DNA of 55,123 nucleotides from a candidate division WOR-3 bacterium (GTDB taxonomy: Bacteria; Hydrothermota; Hydrothermia; JBDRYB01), in contig JBDRYB010000011.1 in NCBI GenBank assembly GCA_039803205.1, forward strand, positions 1 to 55,123, read 5' to 3'. Made by a program: the position numbers and the translations under genes. The notes under the pieces were generated by a model. It saw only the letters and a program-made list of their open reading frames with translations. It searched no databases and was not told where the DNA came from. Each line of letters begins with the position of its first letter. Within the stretch, counting starts at the first letter, position 1. Positions 51,478 through 55,123 of this stretch are shown in pieces.

Positions 51478-51539
51478 CCCCTGACAAAAATTCCGGCCAC
51501 CCCTGACAAAAAGTCCGGCCCCCCCTGACAAAAATTCCG
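51478..51539 (+). repeat. Three iteron-like direct repeats with a 22-bp period
   Basis: cccctgacaaaaa(t/g)tccg with ctgac at 51481, 51503 and 51525. Confidence 0.85.
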
Positions 51540-51636
51540 TGGTCAAAAAACAAAACCCTCACCAGACAAGGCGCGCGGCCATTACCTAGAGACATATAAA
51601 GAGAGAAAAACAGGTCGTTGTTCCCTCTGTAAAAAC

Positions 51637-51700
51637 GCCGCAAAAAGCCCATGAAAAGTTGGGCAAAAGCCGCAAAAAGCCCGTGAAAAGCCGCAAAAAA
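51637..51700 (+). repeat. Second repeat cluster gccgcaaaaagccc(a/g)tgaaaag x2 plus a partial third
   Basis: Copies start at 51637, 51669 and 51690. Confidence 0.75.
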
Positions 51701-51812
51701 CCAATTGCGGGCCCGGAAATGATCAAACGGTTCAGGTAATTCAGTCGTGGCGCGGTTTTCGGGGCGAAATTTGGTCGCACGGAACCATATACGAGATACT
51801 TTGCACCTCGCT

Positions 51813-51950
51813 ATGAAGTTCCTAACACCCGGCCAGGCCGCCGAGGAGCTCCAGTGCTCCTTTGACCATGTCTATGACCTAATCAGGGCCGGGGTTATTC
51901 CTGCCAGGGATATAGAGAAGGACATACAGGATACCAGCTAGCGCGCTTGA
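51813..51950 (+). pseudogene. Excisionase-like HTH gene, copy 2, 17-nt deletion causing a frameshift
   Basis: Near-identical to 49468-49623 but lacks tccaggccaggagcaag; stop at 51941. Confidence 0.75.
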
Positions 51951-52264
51951 GGCCTTCCCAAATAACAGGGGAATAAATTAGCATGGTCCAGAGCCGTATG
52001 CGCGGGTTCCCGGTCCCTGCCGGGGCTGGCTGATTCCGGCTTTCGCTCACAGATTGTCTTTTATACGGTGCTCGGAAATCATTATGTCCTCTCCCTGTCT
52101 CGCATAAACACAGGGCCTTTTGCCACACGAGGCCCTTCCTACGGCCCAAGTTTGGCCATTTTCGGCCGTCAAGCGAGTGCTAAGTCCTTACCGGATAAGA
52201 ACTACAGAATAGCTGTCTCTGAATCCCTCATAAAACAAGCGTTTCCGCGACTTGACACCCATAG

Positions 52265-52293
52265 TTGCAATAGGTTCACCCCCCTCTTATAAT
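52265..52293 (+). promoter_or_regulatory. Sigma70-type promoter of the downstream secreted-protein cluster
   Basis: TTGCAA-17 nt-TATAAT; GGAGG before ATG 52326. Confidence 0.6.
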
Positions 52294-52325
52294 GCTCAGG
52301 CTGAGCAAGCTGGAGGCTTAAAAAT

Positions 52326-54144
52326 ATGTTTTGGCTGATGCTCATAGGAGCCTACGAGGTGGTCCTGCCGGAGGGCGGGGAGGAGGTGGTTGATCTCGTA
52401 ATTGAGAACCAAACGGACACCCTGCTCAAGGAGCCTTGGATATTCGTGTTCTCAAAGCCTGATTGGCTCTCGGTTAGTCCGGACAGCGTGATAACCCATA
52501 ACCTTGCCAAGGGGGAGAAGGTTGAGCTTCGGCTAAAGCTCAGAAGCAAACCCTCTTGGTTCCTGGGCCTCCGCGAGGGCGAGCTAAGACTCAGGTTCCT
52601 GGTCAGGAACGGAGAGGTGGCCCCGGACTTCGCCGAATTCAAGGTTAAGGAAGAACCCTATGAGGTTGCTTCTCTGGTTCCCTGGTTGTTGGCGAGGGAA
52701 TACACCTTCACGCATACCTTGACTGAGCACTACGATTATTATCCGATAATATTTTTGCATGGGATGAACGCGACTGCAAAAAGCTGGCTCCAGCCTAAAT
52801 GGCAGGACCAGTTTGATGATAGCACAGCCTTAGAAAAGTTAATAGATTCGCACTATCAATATTACGAGGCCGGTGAGCCCCTTTTGCTCTACCCAGGTGA
52901 TGAACCGAGTATTATTAATCGAATTCAGGCGGGAGAAATTTATGTAAAAAGAGCTATTTATAGCTGTGGATATTATTTTAAGTCTTATACACCGGGCGGG
53001 AGAAATTTATGTAAAAAGAGCTATTTATAGCTGTGGATATTATTTTAAGTCTTATACACCGGGAGACAACGAGATACAGGGGGTAATTGGATCCAATGGA
53101 GTTTATTGGCCCAGTAATCAATATTCCTGTGTAGAGTACAGGGATAACCAAAGACACGGTGAGTATGCTCAGCGGATTGTTTCATTAATAAATGCTATCT
53201 GTGAAGCTACATATTCAGATAAAGTTAATGTAGTAGCCCACAGTATGGGTGGATATGTTCTGAGGGCCGCAATCAAATATTACAATTGTGATAAGCTGAA
53301 TCGGATCCTAATGCTTGCGACACCGAATAACGGGTGTCATTATAGCACTTACCAAGAAATTCTGACTTATCTATTCATAATTCCTGATTGGATGGATGCA
53401 GGGGAGGCAGCGGAACTCGGCATAGGAGAACCATACCCAGTAGCTTTTTGGGTTGGGTCAGGGGGTTGTGAGGGGGATGTTGAAGAAGGTATGCCCTGGT
53501 ATGATTTATTGAATCAGGGGGGTTGGCCAAAGTATGAAGAAAAGTATTCTGTAATAGCTGGAGATTTAGGAAGACTTGTGATTGCTGGCATTCCAGTTGG
53601 ACCTGCTGATGGAGTAGTAGATGTATGGTGGGTTCATTGGGGTCCAGCTAGATTTAATGTTACACATCGTTCTTCTCATAGTTCAGATCCGGAAGGTCCA
53701 TTCAGTTATAAACGAGTCGGCGAACTATCTTTGATTGCTAGCGAATTTAGTACTGAGTATATAAAGACTTGGATAATAGATGGGAAAGAAGATAGGACCG
53801 GGGAACCTGAGATAAGGGAGGATCAAGTAATTCTTCCACAAGTATGGCATGTCTATCAAGAAGATCTAAAATTGAGAGTAACAGGGGGAACAATAGATGA
53901 ATTTCTAAGTATTCAAATAGTATTAGAAAAATATGGTACAGCGTGGGCATATAGTGGTATTGACGCTTATTGGGGAGTATCTTATCGGGATGGGAAGGAG
54001 GTAAGTCCAGGTAGTTACGAATTTGTTGTTGCCAAAAGAGGTTCCTTTCAAACAAATACTCCATTTACCTATAATGTTCATGTGGTGTTTTACAGTCTCA
54101 ATAACCGTAAGGAGATTATAAAATCTATGACCGTAGCACCTTAG
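52326..54144 (+). pseudogene. Secreted alpha/beta-hydrolase (lipase-like) with a novel N-terminal domain, frameshifted by a 67-bp duplication (583 aa if one copy is removed)
   Basis: PIIFLHGM, nucleophile VVAHSMGG, LATPNNG, ADGVV and SH motifs spread over ORFs 52326-53030 and 52966-54144. Confidence 0.8.
52930..53063 (+). repeat. Exact 67-bp tandem duplication
   Basis: cgggagaaatttatg...tatacaccggg at 52930 and again at 52997. Confidence 0.95.
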
Positions 54145-54155
54145 GAGGTAAAAAT

Positions 54156-54746
54156 ATGCTTACTGTTTTACTCATAAGTTTCACACAAATTGGAGGAGGT
54201 GTAGAGGGCTCATTGTTTGTCATTTCAGGTTCAGGTAGTGCTTTCCTGACTTCAAAATTCTCCCAGACCCCCTCAAAGTATTTCCAGATAGACGCTGGAT
54301 ATACCAGACATTATACGGCGAGTGCTTTTGTGCCGGGTTCTGATTACTCAGCACAGGGAGGTATGTTCAAAATTACCCATCACTGGCAACAACTTGGTTC
54401 CTGGTGTGGTTGTGTTTTTAGTGGCAGGCGGGGATTTTACATTGGATTTGAGTCCGCGGTGCTCTATGGAGGTCGAGCCGGCTTAGATGAAAAAAACGAA
54501 TACCTGCTGTTGGCAGGAAATGCTGGTATCACAGCACCCTTGTGCGTGCGTCATTGGATCTCTGATACCCTACAAACGGTGGATATAAAGGATTTTGGGG
54601 AGTTTTTTCTTGAGATCAGCGTCGGGAATGTTGACGAGCATTTCACGCTCACCTCTATCGGTTTGGGTTTTAACCTCTGGCTTTTCAAATGGGGCTCAGA
54701 ACTCCCTAACCAAGACCAAGAAAAACACAAGGAGGATCAGCAATGA
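54156..54746 (+). CDS. AT-rich exported hypothetical protein (immunity or beta-barrel partner candidate)
   Basis: AGGAGG upstream, hydrophobic leader, beta-strand-rich sequence; starts 11 nt after the lipase stop. Confidence 0.7.
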   Translation: MLTVLLISFTQIGGGVEGSLFVISGSGSAFLTSKFSQTPSKYFQIDAGYTRHYTASAFVPGSDYSAQGGMFKITHHWQQLGSWCGCVFSGRRGFYIGFESAVLYGGRAGLDEKNEYLLLAGNAGITAPLCVRHWISDTLQTVDIKDFGEFFLEISVGNVDEHFTLTSIGLGFNLWLFKWGSELPNQDQEKHKEDQQ

Positions 54747-55123
54747 GAAGGTTTTCCGTGCTTCTCGTTCTAGCTGGCGGCCTGTGGGCCAACGGCCAGC
54801 ATGTGGTCTATATGTGCCCAGGCGAGGAGGTGACGATAAACCTTATCCTTGAGAACCCTAAAAGCATCGGCGATCCTTACCCCGGAGACATGAAGGATGT
54901 TTACCTTCAATTCTGGCGAAAGGATGGAGATTGGCTCATCGGCGGTGAGGAAGACATCTGGGTAGGAACCATACCTAATGGTGGAAGCAGTGACCCCATT
55001 CAGATCGTTATCAGCTCGGACATCAATGAACCATACGAGCCAGGAAAGCAGGCCTGGTTGTATTACCGGGTCATGATCAGCAATGGGGAGGTTGTTCCGA
55101 GATGGGTCGCTTTCCAGGTCCTT
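54743..55123 (+). CDS. Secreted protein truncated by the window edge and absent from the ORF track; N-terminal domain resembles that of the 52326 protein
   Basis: AAGGAGG then ATG 54743; 127 open codons, MRRFSVLLVLAGGLWANGQHVVYMCPGEEVTINLILEN...DWL...LYYRVMISNGEVVPRWVAFQVL. Confidence 0.8.
   Translation, partial: MRRFSVLLVLAGGLWANGQHVVYMCPGEEVTINLILENPKSIGDPYPGDMKDVYLQFWRKDGDWLIGGEEDIWVGTIPNGGSSDPIQIVISSDINEPYEPGKQAWLYYRVMISNGEVVPRWVAFQVL

Larger units (their letters stand above)
48291..52000. mobile_element. Decayed integrative (satellite/plasmid-like) element next to tRNA-Ser; right boundary uncertain
   Basis: Integrase, excisionase-like HTH genes, Rep-like gene and iteron-like repeats. 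Confidence 0.7.

Noticed and set aside
51478..51700. CRISPR array
   Set aside because: The repeats are nearly contiguous with no unique 30-40 nt spacers, and no cas genes are in the window.
52966..54144. Independent 392-aa hydrolase gene
   Set aside because: Its start lies inside the 67-bp duplication and it lacks the FLHG oxyanion motif, which is in the upstream frame; it is the second half of one gene.

Overview
A gene-dense bacterial chromosome segment, mostly GC-rich. The gene set (four-subunit pyruvate:ferredoxin oxidoreductase, V/A-type ATPase subunit A, ThyX, HypF, an Omp85 protein, and secreted proteins with T9SS-like C-terminal domains) suggests an anaerobic diderm, possibly WOR-3-like; this is inference only. 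Positions 1-48,200 are mostly housekeeping: porCDAB, tRNA-Gly/Gln, der, rplT-pheS-pheT-zapA-rarA-rny, four GT4 glycosyltransferases, rluD, ribA, a Wzc-like kinase, birA-coaX-thyX, trxB-clpC and hypF. This part also holds an internally deleted IS4-family element and a divergent pair made of a TPR/wHTH regulator and a beta-propeller with hypervariable repeats. From tRNA-Ser(UGA) at 48.2 kb onward lies a decayed integrative element: an inactivated tyrosine integrase, two damaged excisionase-like copies, a DnaD-like Rep candidate and 22-bp iterons. It is followed by the most novel-looking locus. There, two secreted proteins share an unrecognised N-terminal domain, and the first carries an AT-rich lipase-type C-terminus, split by a 67-bp tandem duplication, plus a small AT-rich partner gene. 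This is a candidate polymorphic effector system. Many genes appear to be transcribed leaderless (TAnnnT plus 6-7 nt, then the start codon).
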